Assembly: GCA_000002445.1 (NCBI GenBank) | Contig: CP000070.1 | Location: forward strand, 1,152,001 to 1,216,000 | Length of the DNA: 64,000 nt | From: Trypanosoma brucei | Taxonomy: Eukaryota | Reading direction: 5' to 3' | Shown here: piece after piece, positions 43,601 to 53,574 of the stretch | Position numbering within the stretch: position 1 is the first letter of the stretch | Layout: each line of letters begins with the position of its first letter | Notes under the pieces: model-generated | Seen by the model: only the letters and a program-made list of their open reading frames with translations | Told to the model about the DNA's origin: nothing | Database searches by the model: none | Program-made: the position numbers and the translations under genes

Positions 43601-45580
43601 CACGTTGCTCATATCTACCCTGCCAATACTAAAAGTTGTAAAACGCTCGAAATCCCTTTCAGGAGTACGGAATGCTTCGAGAATTGCCTCAGCACGCTGG
43701 ACCGCATCGGACTCACCCATGTCCACATCAAAACCACCCACTTTAATACGGTCAGACACCGTGCCCTCGCTAAGGGCCGCCAACATGTTGCGACTGTTGA
43801 ACATCGTGGCTGTATCCTTTAGGTTGCATATGCTCCCATCCATATCCAACGGCGAGTCTAGCCAGTCACAGCTGGCCACTCGCTTCAATGTGCTAGAGAA
43901 ATCCATGTCCGGATTAGCACACATTCGAGCGCACGACGCGGCAAAGTCCGCATCCCCGCAATTGCCTGCGGCACCGTTCTCGCTGCTATCAGTCGGCATA
44001 AACTTTTGCATCCACTCATCGGCTTCTTGGCAGAGGCGACGTGCGGTGCTTTCCATTGTTCGTACGTGTTGATTTCGTATGACCCTCAAGTAATACTCCA
44101 GTGGGTGCTCCACTTTGGTCTCACCTCTGCTATTGTTATTGGAAATGGCTGGCAAGGTATTTCCGCTACCGTCAACACGTAGAAGTACTGCTTCTTCCCC
44201 ATCGCATTTTGTCCCCCAAATTTCTTCACCTTGATTGACGTTAACGTTCCTCAAGGCTGGCTCCGCCGGTATATCATCATCCGAGTTGCCGTCTTCTTTC
44301 CCCTCATCATCGGAGCAACGGCTTTCGTTCTCAATCACTTGGAGTTCTTGCCGAAGCCCCAAAATAGCTTCATTGTGCTTGGCACTGGAGGGTAATTTCC
44401 CCCTAGCAACCCAGCAGAAGTGGCGCAGTTTCACAGCTGCGATCGACACATCCATCATTCCGGATAGCATGTCTTCAATGAGGACAGTATCGGTCGCACT
44501 TACGTGCTGCAATTCTAGTGCCATCCGATCGTTAAGGTAAAGAGCAGCACGAAGAAGTGCCAATGCATACCGATAAGTAATGGTGATGCTCCCCCGTTGC
44601 TGCTGCTCAGAAAGACCAGTGCTACCACTGGTGTTGTTTTCATCCCCCTCTTCTAAACCTAGCATAACCGCATCTTCCAAGTTACAGTTCTCCTCTAGGT
44701 AAACCATCGCACGCCGCAAATTCAGCACAGCGGCCTCGAAATTACTACGGCCATCGCTTGTGTCACCATCGCGGCGACGGGCCAACGGTGTGCCGTACCA
44801 ATTCTCAAGCTCCTCGTTGTCAAGTAGAACGTATTCACTACTTTCACCACCATCAAACGCAATGTCTTCCAGTGCTCCCCTCGAAATACGCTGCCTCGCT
44901 TGCTTCTCGTCGTCATCAATACACCTAACGGACGAATTGTCATCCCTCGTGCTTGCTGTTGCTGCTGGTGGAAATGCGGAACCAGTGGCGGAGTACACCT
45001 CATCCCTCGTGTCATCCTCCGTCTCACAAAAGCTTTGTCCCTTTGAAAATCGTGTCGCCCTCGAAGACGCCATTTGATCCTCTTGAAGGTCCTGCAGCCG
45101 CTGGTGGTCGTGTTGCAATTCGGACCGTCGCCTTGGCACACGAGCCCCGCAGTGTTCATATATGACACCGGGTACCTTCCACACGGTTATAAACTTCGCA
45201 AGTCGTTCCCTAGTTACTTTGCATGCACAGAGGGATTGAAACAACTCCATCGTCGGGGCAACAATAGCTTCCCCATCTTCAACCGCTTTACGAAAGGAAT
45301 TAGCTAGCGAACCAACCGCATCACCAGTGAAAAGATCCGCGTCGTTATTGTACATGGTGTCGAGGGTCTCCTTCGAGACAACAAATGTGCTCACGCTATC
45401 ACGCAAGAGTTGCTGCAGCGCAGTGGCGGCGGCCTCCGCCTCAGAATCGACGGAGACAAGTAACTCCTGCTGAAGGTCATCGTGTGATGCATTGGCATAC
45501 ATGCGGCTAATGTATGTTTTGGGGTCAAAGGCGCAGCTCGTTAGGTCGACGTAAACATCGTGCCCCTTCTCGTCTCCCAT
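40649..45580 (-). CDS. Very large hypothetical protein, 1643 aa
   Basis: A single uninterrupted minus-strand ORF of 4.9 kb with non-repetitive composition. No catalytic motif recognised. The N-terminus FDPKTYISRM is weakly reminiscent of vesicle-tethering (CATCHR-type) subunits, but this is unverified. Confidence 0.6.
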   Translation of the reverse strand: MGDEKGHDVYVDLTSCAFDPKTYISRMYANASHDDLQQELLVSVDSEAEAAATALQQLLRDSVSTFVVSKETLDTMYNNDADLFTGDAVGSLANSFRKAVEDGEAIVAPTMELFQSLCACKVTRERLAKFITVWKVPGVIYEHCGARVPRRRSELQHDHQRLQDLQEDQMASSRATRFSKGQSFCETEDDTRDEVYSATGSAFPPAATASTRDDNSSVRCIDDDEKQARQRISRGALEDIAFDGGESSEYVLLDNEELENWYGTPLARRRDGDTSDGRSNFEAAVLNLRRAMVYLEENCNLEDAVMLGLEEGDENNTSGSTGLSEQQQRGSITITYRYALALLRAALYLNDRMALELQHVSATDTVLIEDMLSGMMDVSIAAVKLRHFCWVARGKLPSSAKHNEAILGLRQELQVIENESRCSDDEGKEDGNSDDDIPAEPALRNVNVNQGEEIWGTKCDGEEAVLLRVDGSGNTLPAISNNNSRGETKVEHPLEYYLRVIRNQHVRTMESTARRLCQEADEWMQKFMPTDSSENGAAGNCGDADFAASCARMCANPDMDFSSTLKRVASCDWLDSPLDMDGSICNLKDTATMFNSRNMLAALSEGTVSDRIKVGGFDVDMGESDAVQRAEAILEAFRTPERDFERFTTFSIGRVDMSNVLECSATQLRMYSAALLTQLEDRAGMEANVQAHTAAGAASTFADRLFTACVDQLEVILVSYWGGIAEEVHAGMFDFSPDPSSMLYRMLNGPALHEKVNVPMTRVRGGGGGGNSCEEELPSLRYVPVVHDKGPSLRELSVSAVRQVVRLTSDILQALLLTNVNRTVLQCFVRTMSSYRPRDLVGDDSNCEVDRDAYDSVEDEHAELHAALLVEVIVAQWEKAMLHVSGAVRRMKVVIGESCTSSLVQGGTQAHQVGELMQELEELRSNLFRCYTHGVGMLVKAYVTLLPSLQPSIAKASKPAEVNEASINEYNDIHSANGGKNAGAHSSVCARVSREFVSSVLTNKFLNLISFVVDRTAPFLQRFDEVHGGIDLFVEKAERLEGEGNYRRRRRKAQGEYNNPGDKSKVSGANKQRLDDTDQQLDATSTFMAESNSKLVLKHVAEHEDMLLALIADILLVFVDALHHKCQRVSLDVEAAPETCECAIMESLADALCLSMAVTPIITNELIVPCLLDVVVRLNSDPKTSRGSVLMIKQKTADFRKVHLALVEEHCQLLVDALLGMLASAPQQRITRVVQDAGFIHPMMDWQRVSPLTAGAVRPYVGRSFALIARAHEQIHWLRQPMLAAAITQRLVAHLAMVFVAATTPNGNVFEISLDCSTSFLTYGLLLIEAEGRTILNVTKAIIQSVTENPCAGSVLPELTSAYEVLQSTVAALAERGFAAYKSLEEAEALRSSQGPLLNTMQGSMLMSSQRAERCEAMVESALQNSRFIVEAMLTHVKESSQGGRYHAMAFAPLGSSVAEIVAERLAKRKEGYHRTKGPQKQKEKDVRFVGEKERSVEEAPHEAVAASAVKVSSRRKTSRILDDSKTSAADDPLEGTIRDQPITKRLSVLRYAVVQEERRAAETEATATQSKQTDSQSRQDDSLDRGHERSLSSVKARNSQKRRHVLSSSIADGDTFLPSAAATTPFGGGKTSTRAFKRSILH

Positions 45581-45800
45581 CGAATTACTCCCTTCCTTGC
45601 AAGAAAAAAAACAAACAAACTAAAAGCACACAGAAGAACACGCACCTCAAGCGCTGCCCGCTACTATGCCTTGGCGGGCTGTGATAGTATCAACCACAAC
45701 GAATCCCTAGCACCCTAAAACAACAACTATTCGTAACAAAAAAAACAATTAAAAAGAGACAGTGCGACCCCGCTAAACGCGCAAGTGGAGCAGGGCTGAT

Positions 45801-45837
<37 letters not shown>

Positions 45838-47212
45838 TTTCACAGGTTGACCAAACCACATTAAAGGCACCCCTAAAATGAATTGGGGAACAGTGGACAG
45901 AACAGGTGCAGTTGTGGCAGTGGTTAGCAATGATGAAAGGACAACAGCAACACGCACGGAATCTCATAATTTTCCGTGCACATTTCCCTTTCCCCCCCCC
46001 TTCCATCGGGTACATCTCTTCCACCTTAAATGCAGCAACAACAAAAATGATGTCAAATATCACAAAAAAATTTAAAAAGCAGTAGCAGTATGACAACGTA
46101 TACAAAGCAACAGTAACCTGCAGACGTCACAGTAGAAAAAAAAACCCATTTTAAGATGACCAACCTTCACTTTATTATCTTCTTGTTCGACACACTATTT
46201 TTTTTCTTTGGAAAGTGGCGGCAGGACTAAAAGAGCATCCAACGACTTTGGAAATTGCATTGGAAGGGCGGTGATGGCGGTGATCATAGCAAACAACAAG
46301 GGATGAGAGGAAGGGAAGGTAACAGAAGGTTAGGGGCGCCGAGAGCATATTCCCCTCCTCCGTAGAATTTTACAATGTCTTCTTTTCTTTTCTTTATGAT
46401 AGCGAAGGGAAATTAGGGGATCACACACCCTCCCGTTTCCGCGTTTTCACTCAACTTCCCTTCCCTTCCCTAATTCTCCCCCCTCCACACACCCTTTTCA
46501 TAAAACACAAACAGTTTTCTGCAGTATTCTCCGCCTACGGGATTTTAAATCTCATCCAACTTTTTTTTTTCCCCATCCCCTTACTTGTTTATTCACTTCC
46601 CCTTTTCTCTTTTTCTTTCCTTCTCCTCGTTTTTCCTTATGTTTCCCTTCTTTCGCTACCTCCTCACAGACCCGATGAAGAACCATGGTAGTTTGTTGCA
46701 CGTGTAGGGGCACACACACACACGCACACATATCTCCTTTTTTCCCCCTTTCTCCTCTAAATCCAAACTTCCGCACCCTTTCCTAATCTTCCACACGCTC
46801 TTATTTTATTTTTTCTCACCCTAGTTTTTCACTTCTTCCAGCAATCTCCCGTCACCACGCTTCGGCGTCATGTATGCGCTTTCTCCTCCCATTCACGTGT
46901 TTGATACACTGCATGCAAACACAAAGCGAGAGGAAATGAAGAACGGACTAAAGGGGGAAAAAACGAAAGGATCATGCGAGTAGAGTTTGGGTGAATCGAA
47001 TGTATACCTGTTGACATGCACAAAACATGGAGTTCTCATGTACTGACTCATATATTTGATTTTCCTTTCACTATTTCTGTTTTCTCGCCCACTATCACAC
47101 ACGTTCTACCGCCCTCACCGTATACGTACCACCTTCCTAAATACAAGTAACGCAGGTAAAAAGTAAAATAAAGGGAGGGAAATACCCGAGAAAGCACAGT
47201 ACTTTAACCAGC

Positions 47213-48799
47213 TCACTCATCAGCGGTGTATGCCAAGTACTTCGGGTCTTGGGTGGTCCTCAAGAAAGCACTTTGGACCATGCAACTTTCCATTTCTTGG
47301 GCGTATTGCTGACCGTAGCTGGCCATGCGCCCCATGACGTTCACCATGCGCAGCCTGAAATTAGTTAGAAACCTTTCCTCATAGTAAGCATGAAGTCTAT
47401 CACTCACATCCTTCGCGTACGCCGTGAAGGCATTGTCAGATCCCCCACCAACTTCGTTGCTGTGTATCCATAGGCATTGGACGTAGTCCACCGCCTCAAT
47501 AGCCGCGTCGAGATAAGTCACTTCAAATAGAATCCTCTCGTAAACCTCGCGCTTGTTACGCGACTGTTGCTTTTCAATTGCAAGTGCCGTGTTGGAACAC
47601 AACTCTGATGATTGATCTGCCGCACATGAAAGTTCACCACCCGCGGGAGAGGCGTGGAGAACGTCCGAGTACGCTTTAAGTGCATCGGCAACATCCTTTA
47701 GCGCCGTGATGTTATCCATTGAATTCTTCATGTAGGTAAAATACGGAGGCGCAGCCGCCGACAGGGCATCACGGTAGGTAGTAAGGTAGTGACTCACATC
47801 ACCCCAATACGCCAAATATCCCACAACGTTCGCGGTATCTCCAGAAGACTTGGGGTATTCACTGGGCGAACCATTAGCGAATGGCACTGCTTTCGGGAGT
47901 TCAGCTGTTTTCTTGGGAGCTGGTTCCGGCGGCGGTGCTTCTGCTTGTGAGCCCTTTCCACCCTTTACCCACGATCCGAACATCTTCACGATACTACGCA
48001 CGGCCTTCGTGGATGATCCTGTTATTGTCGACACACGCTCGGACCCCAGTATGCCTCCCTTACGCTTGCTGTGGGCAACGATAGGAGCATTGCGTACACG
48101 GAAATCCTCGAGGAGTACACGCATTTTCTCGACCCAGTCCTCAAAGGCCTCGCGTGGAAGCTGGAAGAAGTTGGGGGTGTACGTTGAGAAGTACACGACC
48201 TCGGGTAAAATGGCAATCTCACGCAGGAAACGTGCAATAGTGTGTTGCTGGGCCAGAAGAATATTCTCCTTTGTGATGAACGTTCCAAAGTCATCAAACT
48301 TGGACTTGGGAGGAAGCGGCGGGATGATCATTGTGGGGAACTGATAGGCCAACAAGGTGCGAAACTCCACCAATTCGCTGTAACGTCGATCGAGCTGTGC
48401 GGTAGACGAGGGCTCCCACGTGTTCCGTCCGATGCCGATGTCGGTACCACCCATGTGAGGCGCGACCGGCACGTCCGGCACGGAGTACGCCGACGAGTCC
48501 CCAGGTCTAACTGTAGTGACAATAGGAAAGAAGGTAATGGGTCGAATCATACCAGCACCAAGAACGGCGGACTCAACAGTAAACTTTGCCAGTGTGGGAA
48601 TGTTGAGCTTCGGCGCCGGGGGCGGGGTACTATCAACCACTGCAACAGGTTGCGGCTGCTCTTTTGCCTGTTGTGGTGCCTCCGGTTGTGACAACGGATG
48701 CTGAGGTTGGTGTACCAACTGTTCATGCATCTGCTGCGACTCCTGGAAGGGGTCGTCGATTTCCGTCCCAGGAAAGCTGCCGTCACCTGAAGGCATCAT
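47213..48799 (-). CDS. PX-domain protein (sorting-nexin-like), 528 aa
   Basis: Carries the PX signature RRYSELVEFRTLLAYQFPTMIIPPLPPK (RRYSDF...L and the PxxP-K phosphoinositide-binding loop), followed by R..FLREI. It has a Gln/Pro-rich N-terminus and a helical C-terminal half. Confidence 0.6.
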   Translation of the reverse strand: MMPSGDGSFPGTEIDDPFQESQQMHEQLVHQPQHPLSQPEAPQQAKEQPQPVAVVDSTPPPAPKLNIPTLAKFTVESAVLGAGMIRPITFFPIVTTVRPGDSSAYSVPDVPVAPHMGGTDIGIGRNTWEPSSTAQLDRRYSELVEFRTLLAYQFPTMIIPPLPPKSKFDDFGTFITKENILLAQQHTIARFLREIAILPEVVYFSTYTPNFFQLPREAFEDWVEKMRVLLEDFRVRNAPIVAHSKRKGGILGSERVSTITGSSTKAVRSIVKMFGSWVKGGKGSQAEAPPPEPAPKKTAELPKAVPFANGSPSEYPKSSGDTANVVGYLAYWGDVSHYLTTYRDALSAAAPPYFTYMKNSMDNITALKDVADALKAYSDVLHASPAGGELSCAADQSSELCSNTALAIEKQQSRNKREVYERILFEVTYLDAAIEAVDYVQCLWIHSNEVGGGSDNAFTAYAKDVSDRLHAYYEERFLTNFRLRMVNVMGRMASYGQQYAQEMESCMVQSAFLRTTQDPKYLAYTADE

Positions 48800-49437
48800 T
48801 CTTTTCCCTCTTTTCTTTGTATTTTATTACCTTCCTCCTTTCGTGATGTTTCGCGTCACCACTAAAATTTCAGCGTGTCACACACAAGCTAAACGGATTG
48901 GTGATCTACAGCTTGTGGAGATCTGTTAAACTAGTTGTCCTGCTTTCCTTCGTTTCTTAAGTACGTTTGATGAAGGGTGTTTTCAAGTTCAGTAAGAAAA
49001 GCAGGACATGTCGGTGCAACAAACCATGAAAGTAAATCCAAACACAAACCCGCCACGCACAAAGGTGACACTTCCCCCATATGTCATAGGATTGCACCCA
49101 GAGAAAAGGAGATTACATGGTGCGCAAGGCGATGATAAGTTAAAACACGAACAGAAAATGAGGGTAGGGAAAGTTAGCATATAAATATAAAATAAAAAAA
49201 AAGCGGACAAGCACAGGGCGACCTACCGAAGCTTGTCAGTAAACATAGCTCACCTCTACACCTTGCTAAATTTGCGGACATCATCATTCTGATACCAGTT
49301 TTTCACACGCTCCATACTCCTCTACATCCCCTTTTCTCCGCCCATCCCCAACAGGACGTGACAGTTTTGTGTAATGTCACCGCAGCAACGCGTGACCGTC
49401 CACTGTATCCCAAGTCAAAAAAAAAAAACAGTGGGCC

Positions 49438-50661
49438 TTAACTTGCCAGAGACTCTTTTGCTTTTCTGGTCACATGCGTTTCCGGTTCCATTCCCAGCAC
49501 AAGTGCTTTTTGAAGATCAACCAGTGTTCCTTGCTTCATATCCATGTCACTCAGCAATGTCCGATGCCGTGCAGCGCTACCCAGTACATCGTCGCGCATC
49601 GTATTGCAGGCCGCCTTACGTCTCTCGTAATCAAGCAACAACTTCTTTGATCCTACCATAGGCATTTTTTCGCGTATTCTAAGATTACTGGCAGTGAAGT
49701 GGTCACGCTGACGCTTCGTTTGTGCTAACTTATCACGCAGGCCGTTCAGCTCTTCCTCCGTCGACGCTACCTGCCGCCGAAGTTGGCCGTTTTCAATCTT
49801 CATAAACTCTAGTTTTTCCTTTACATGTGTTAGAACATGAATTGTGGTGGTTACTTTACGTCGCAACCTCACAATGTCTTCGTTCCGCTCCTCAATCTTC
49901 TCATTCAGATTTGTGTTCTCAATTTTCAGTTGCTCAAAATCAATGAGGCTCATTCCATCCTGCTGCTGATCACGTTGAGCCATAGCTCTTTGCAACTCCT
50001 CCATTTCGTACCGCAACAAATTATACCGTATGCGCGCCCGCTGAATTAAGCGACGCTGAAGGGCATCCCTGTTGAGGAATTCGTCAATTTCCTCTTTGGT
50101 CAGTCGCTTGTTCGTGCGCACAAACTGCACACGCTCTGCAAGTTCTCTAATGTACTGACGAAACATCTCCTCGTGTTTTTGAGAAGAGTCAATAGTGCCC
50201 TGGTGTCGTGACTGCATTTCTGTAAAGGCCGCCTCTGCCGCCTCACAACGGGAACGTTGCTGTTGCCATTCTTCCCTCATCTGCCATATGGATATCCAGT
50301 ATTGTTGTTCTGCCTCGACTGTCATAGCCTGGTGTTGGTTCAGGTCTTCACCCTTCCGCTGCCGCTGGGCTGTGAAGTGTTGCGTCAGCAGTCGCTGAAG
50401 TGCTACACTGCGCTCGACAACACTGTTGTAGCGGTTGACAAGTTCCCTGTACTCCTCCTTGAAGGTGACGCGTGGCTCCGCTTCCACACCCTCAGCAGCC
50501 GCAGCAGAAGCTGCGGCTGCAACTGCAACGGTGGTGGTGAAGTTAGCCCGTTTCTCTGCCTCCCGTTGAGCACAGAACTCCTTCCAGCGCTGCTGGATGA
50601 CGGTGGCCGCCTTCATTTGCTGCTCCTCCTCCCTCACCTGCTGGTCATCATACTCGTACAT
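49438..50661 (-). CDS. Coiled-coil protein with an N-terminal IQ motif, 407 aa
   Basis: Contains an IQ-like motif, ATVIQQRWKEFCAQREAEKR, followed by a long heptad-rich charged sequence. Confidence 0.5.
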   Translation of the reverse strand: MYEYDDQQVREEEQQMKAATVIQQRWKEFCAQREAEKRANFTTTVAVAAAASAAAAEGVEAEPRVTFKEEYRELVNRYNSVVERSVALQRLLTQHFTAQRQRKGEDLNQHQAMTVEAEQQYWISIWQMREEWQQQRSRCEAAEAAFTEMQSRHQGTIDSSQKHEEMFRQYIRELAERVQFVRTNKRLTKEEIDEFLNRDALQRRLIQRARIRYNLLRYEMEELQRAMAQRDQQQDGMSLIDFEQLKIENTNLNEKIEERNEDIVRLRRKVTTTIHVLTHVKEKLEFMKIENGQLRRQVASTEEELNGLRDKLAQTKRQRDHFTASNLRIREKMPMVGSKKLLLDYERRKAACNTMRDDVLGSAARHRTLLSDMDMKQGTLVDLQKALVLGMEPETHVTRKAKESLAS

Positions 50662-52117
50662 GGTTACTATACAAATTGAAGGGAGGTGAATGTGTACAAA
50701 ATAACTAACTGTGCTGGACGCACACTGTCGTGTCTAAAATGTTGCCTCCTCCTTTGCTCTGGCTAATTATGATGGTTGTGTTTCTGGATCGTAAAGACTC
50801 AATGAGGAGAATATGTATACAAAGTTATATACTGTCAGAGACACGTGGGTGATCAAGTGATGTGCAACAAATAATAATAATAATAATTGTGTGAAATCAC
50901 ACTGGAAAGAAAATTTGGAACCCTTCAATCACAGAGGATGTGCCTACAGTAGTTGTGATATGAGTACGGATTCTACCTTCTTTTTTGTTTCCTCCCAACA
51001 GTTCGCCCACTATGAACGAGGGGTCTATGGTTGAACGGGTTTTGGCAAAGGAGGCCGTAAGTTCGTGGGGGATGTGTTCCACTGAGGCGTTGCTTTTTGC
51101 TGCTGTCGCTCCTGCCGTTTCGCCTTCGTCTCGTCCGCCATACGCTTTTCTAAATGTTCTAGACGCTCCAGCGCGAAAGATTTTATTGGAAGCAACTTTG
51201 GGGGACAAAGAAGTCCCTTTGGCTCTTCCGATTCGTGGAAAACGAAGCCGGTCGTCGGAAGAACTTCCGCGGGGAGCGTCTCATCGCTCCCTGCACGTTG
51301 CTGCGGCTGTTCCATGACTCCACCTTCCCTATTTGCCCACACTACCTTGGCGTACAAGAAACGGGAAGTGAAATACAGGTCGCACGTAAAGATAACTTCA
51401 CAAACGCTTCACAAAACAAAAAAAAAAGAAGAACGGGCAGGCACACGGATGTATTTTTTTCAAGTTGAGTTATCCACTTAAGACCATCGGAGGGAGATTG
51501 TCGAAGTTGAGATACGCCACTTCCACAGGATCATAAATTTTTCTTTTTTTTTTTCGTCTTTCATTAGTCTCAAAGATATCCACGATCCTCTGGCGCACCC
51601 GTACCCCTTCACATCACTTGATTTTTCTTTGCCTTACCCTCCATTTTGTGGACCTGTGAACGCAGAATGAGAAATAACAAAGACGTCTGGAAGGCGGGAA
51701 TTAGATCAAATAATAATGAAAAGGTTAGTTGGCGGCAATACGCAGCACCTCGCACTCATATCTCCACTTGTCCCTCTTGTTGCTGTATTCCACCTCCTTC
51801 ACTAACGACACGAGAAAGATCAACCGTGTACTTCTCATGAGATCATCGTTACAATCCCACACCCCTTCCCTCTTATACCCCTTCCCTCATAATTTGCCTT
51901 CACATTTTCATTTCCCCTGACATGCCACAGCTTTTTCTCTTCGACCACTTCCACAAATAGATGAAAATATAATGTAATATAAATATATGTATCCTTGCGA
52001 GGGGTCTTACGAGCTTCATATATCTTGTTTTGTCCCATGCGCATGTATTTAACTGCCCTCCACCTCTCCTCCAGTCGTGTTTAGTCGCCTTGAATTTTCG
52101 TCTGTCCCCGCAACCAC

Positions 52118-52723
52118 TTAAAATAGCGACATTTCAGCGTCCACCTCGGCCTCTTCTTCCTCCACTTGCACGACGGGGCGGGGGCCGTTGCTTTCAAGCG
52201 CCTCCCCTGCAAGCACGTGCTGGAGTTGGGCCTCGAAGTTGGACTGAGTAATGGTGAAGCTCTGCAAGAACTGCTGGCGCCACACAATTTTCCCATCAGC
52301 CGCAACAATGAATGCCATAGGGCACGACATCACGCTGAGGTTGGCCACATCGGCGTATGTCTTCCCCGTTGCTTTCTTGTCATCAAAGAGAATGTGCGGA
52401 GGCGCAAGCCGGAGGGGCTTCTTCGTGTTCTCGTCCACGATTTCCTTGCCGAGATATTTTTCGGTCTTCGCTTTGTCTGCGTCATTGCTGATCGCCACGA
52501 AGACGACACCCTTCGGGCCGTACTTCTCGGACAAAACAGTGAATTCCTCGTTGACAACATCAGCACCACGGTAAAAGGTATTAAAGAAGTAGAGGACATA
52601 CACCTTTCCATTCTCCAATTCCACCTTATCACCACGTATGGGCTCAAGGGCGGAGAGTGCAGGGGCAACTTGACCGAAGGACTTATCGTCGCAGTATGTC
52701 GTCACGTCAATTGTATCGGTCAT
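52118..52723 (-). CDS. Thioredoxin-fold, tryparedoxin-like protein lacking the CXXC active site, 201 aa
   Basis: The segment VYVLYFFNTFYRGADVV...KGVVFVAISND...AFIVAADGKIV parallels the tryparedoxin/TlpA pattern V.LYFSASWCPPCRGF...EVVF...D, but WCPPC is replaced by NTFYR. It ends in an acidic C-terminal tail. Confidence 0.55.
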   Translation of the reverse strand: MTDTIDVTTYCDDKSFGQVAPALSALEPIRGDKVELENGKVYVLYFFNTFYRGADVVNEEFTVLSEKYGPKGVVFVAISNDADKAKTEKYLGKEIVDENTKKPLRLAPPHILFDDKKATGKTYADVANLSVMSCPMAFIVAADGKIVWRQQFLQSFTITQSNFEAQLQHVLAGEALESNGPRPVVQVEEEEAEVDAEMSLF

Positions 52724-53574
52724 GATTACTTACTGCCGATGATATTTCAGTTATGTATAACAATTAAACCTCCTCTGTTTTCCTTCCTCTTGTATTTCCT
52801 GCCTATTAAAGGGTCTATCCAATAAGTTGTTACAGGTCGTGTAATATCCACCCAGGTTGTACGCGAGAAAACTGCAAAAAAAAGCGAGAAGAAGTAGCTT
52901 CGCTGGCAAGACAAATAAGATCACAGATATAAACCGACAGCATAGTTAGCAATACAATAAGAAGAATTTTGGGAGGACGCACATATAAGGTGTACTGAGG
53001 CACCGAAGAGTTTCCATACCGATCGAGCTTACCACATAAAGCACAAAAAAAGATAGCATTTCTTCCCGTATCAAAAAAAAATAATAATAAAACCCATGAT
53101 AATCCAAAAGTCAGTCTGCGTGTGTGTATAAGGGAAAGGTTTAATGAATATATATATATATATATATGTGCAGTGGCGTAAAGGTGATGTCGGCCGTGCT
53201 TAGTATTAATAATAATAGCCGTAACTACTGAAGCGTTCCTTGCTTCCTAAGGTGAAATAGTCTAACATTTTTCGAAATACAATTCTGGACACTGGCTTGC
53301 ATTTATCATTCTGTTACTTCTTTCTCTGTGTTTGATCGCGCCGTGTAAAGTAAAGCGCTTCACCAGGACCTCTATAGACCCACAAGGTGAATACAGGTGC
53401 AAATTTAATACAAATGAAATTTAACACTCCAAACCAGCGGCCTGAGTTACTTCTCCCGGGCGCGTGGGAAGACAAAAAAATAAACGAACGAAAAAAACTT
53501 TTTTTTAAAAAAAGATCATTTCCCTCCTTCTCTCTGTCGCCCTCTACTATCTGTAGATGTGTTGATTCCGTTTT

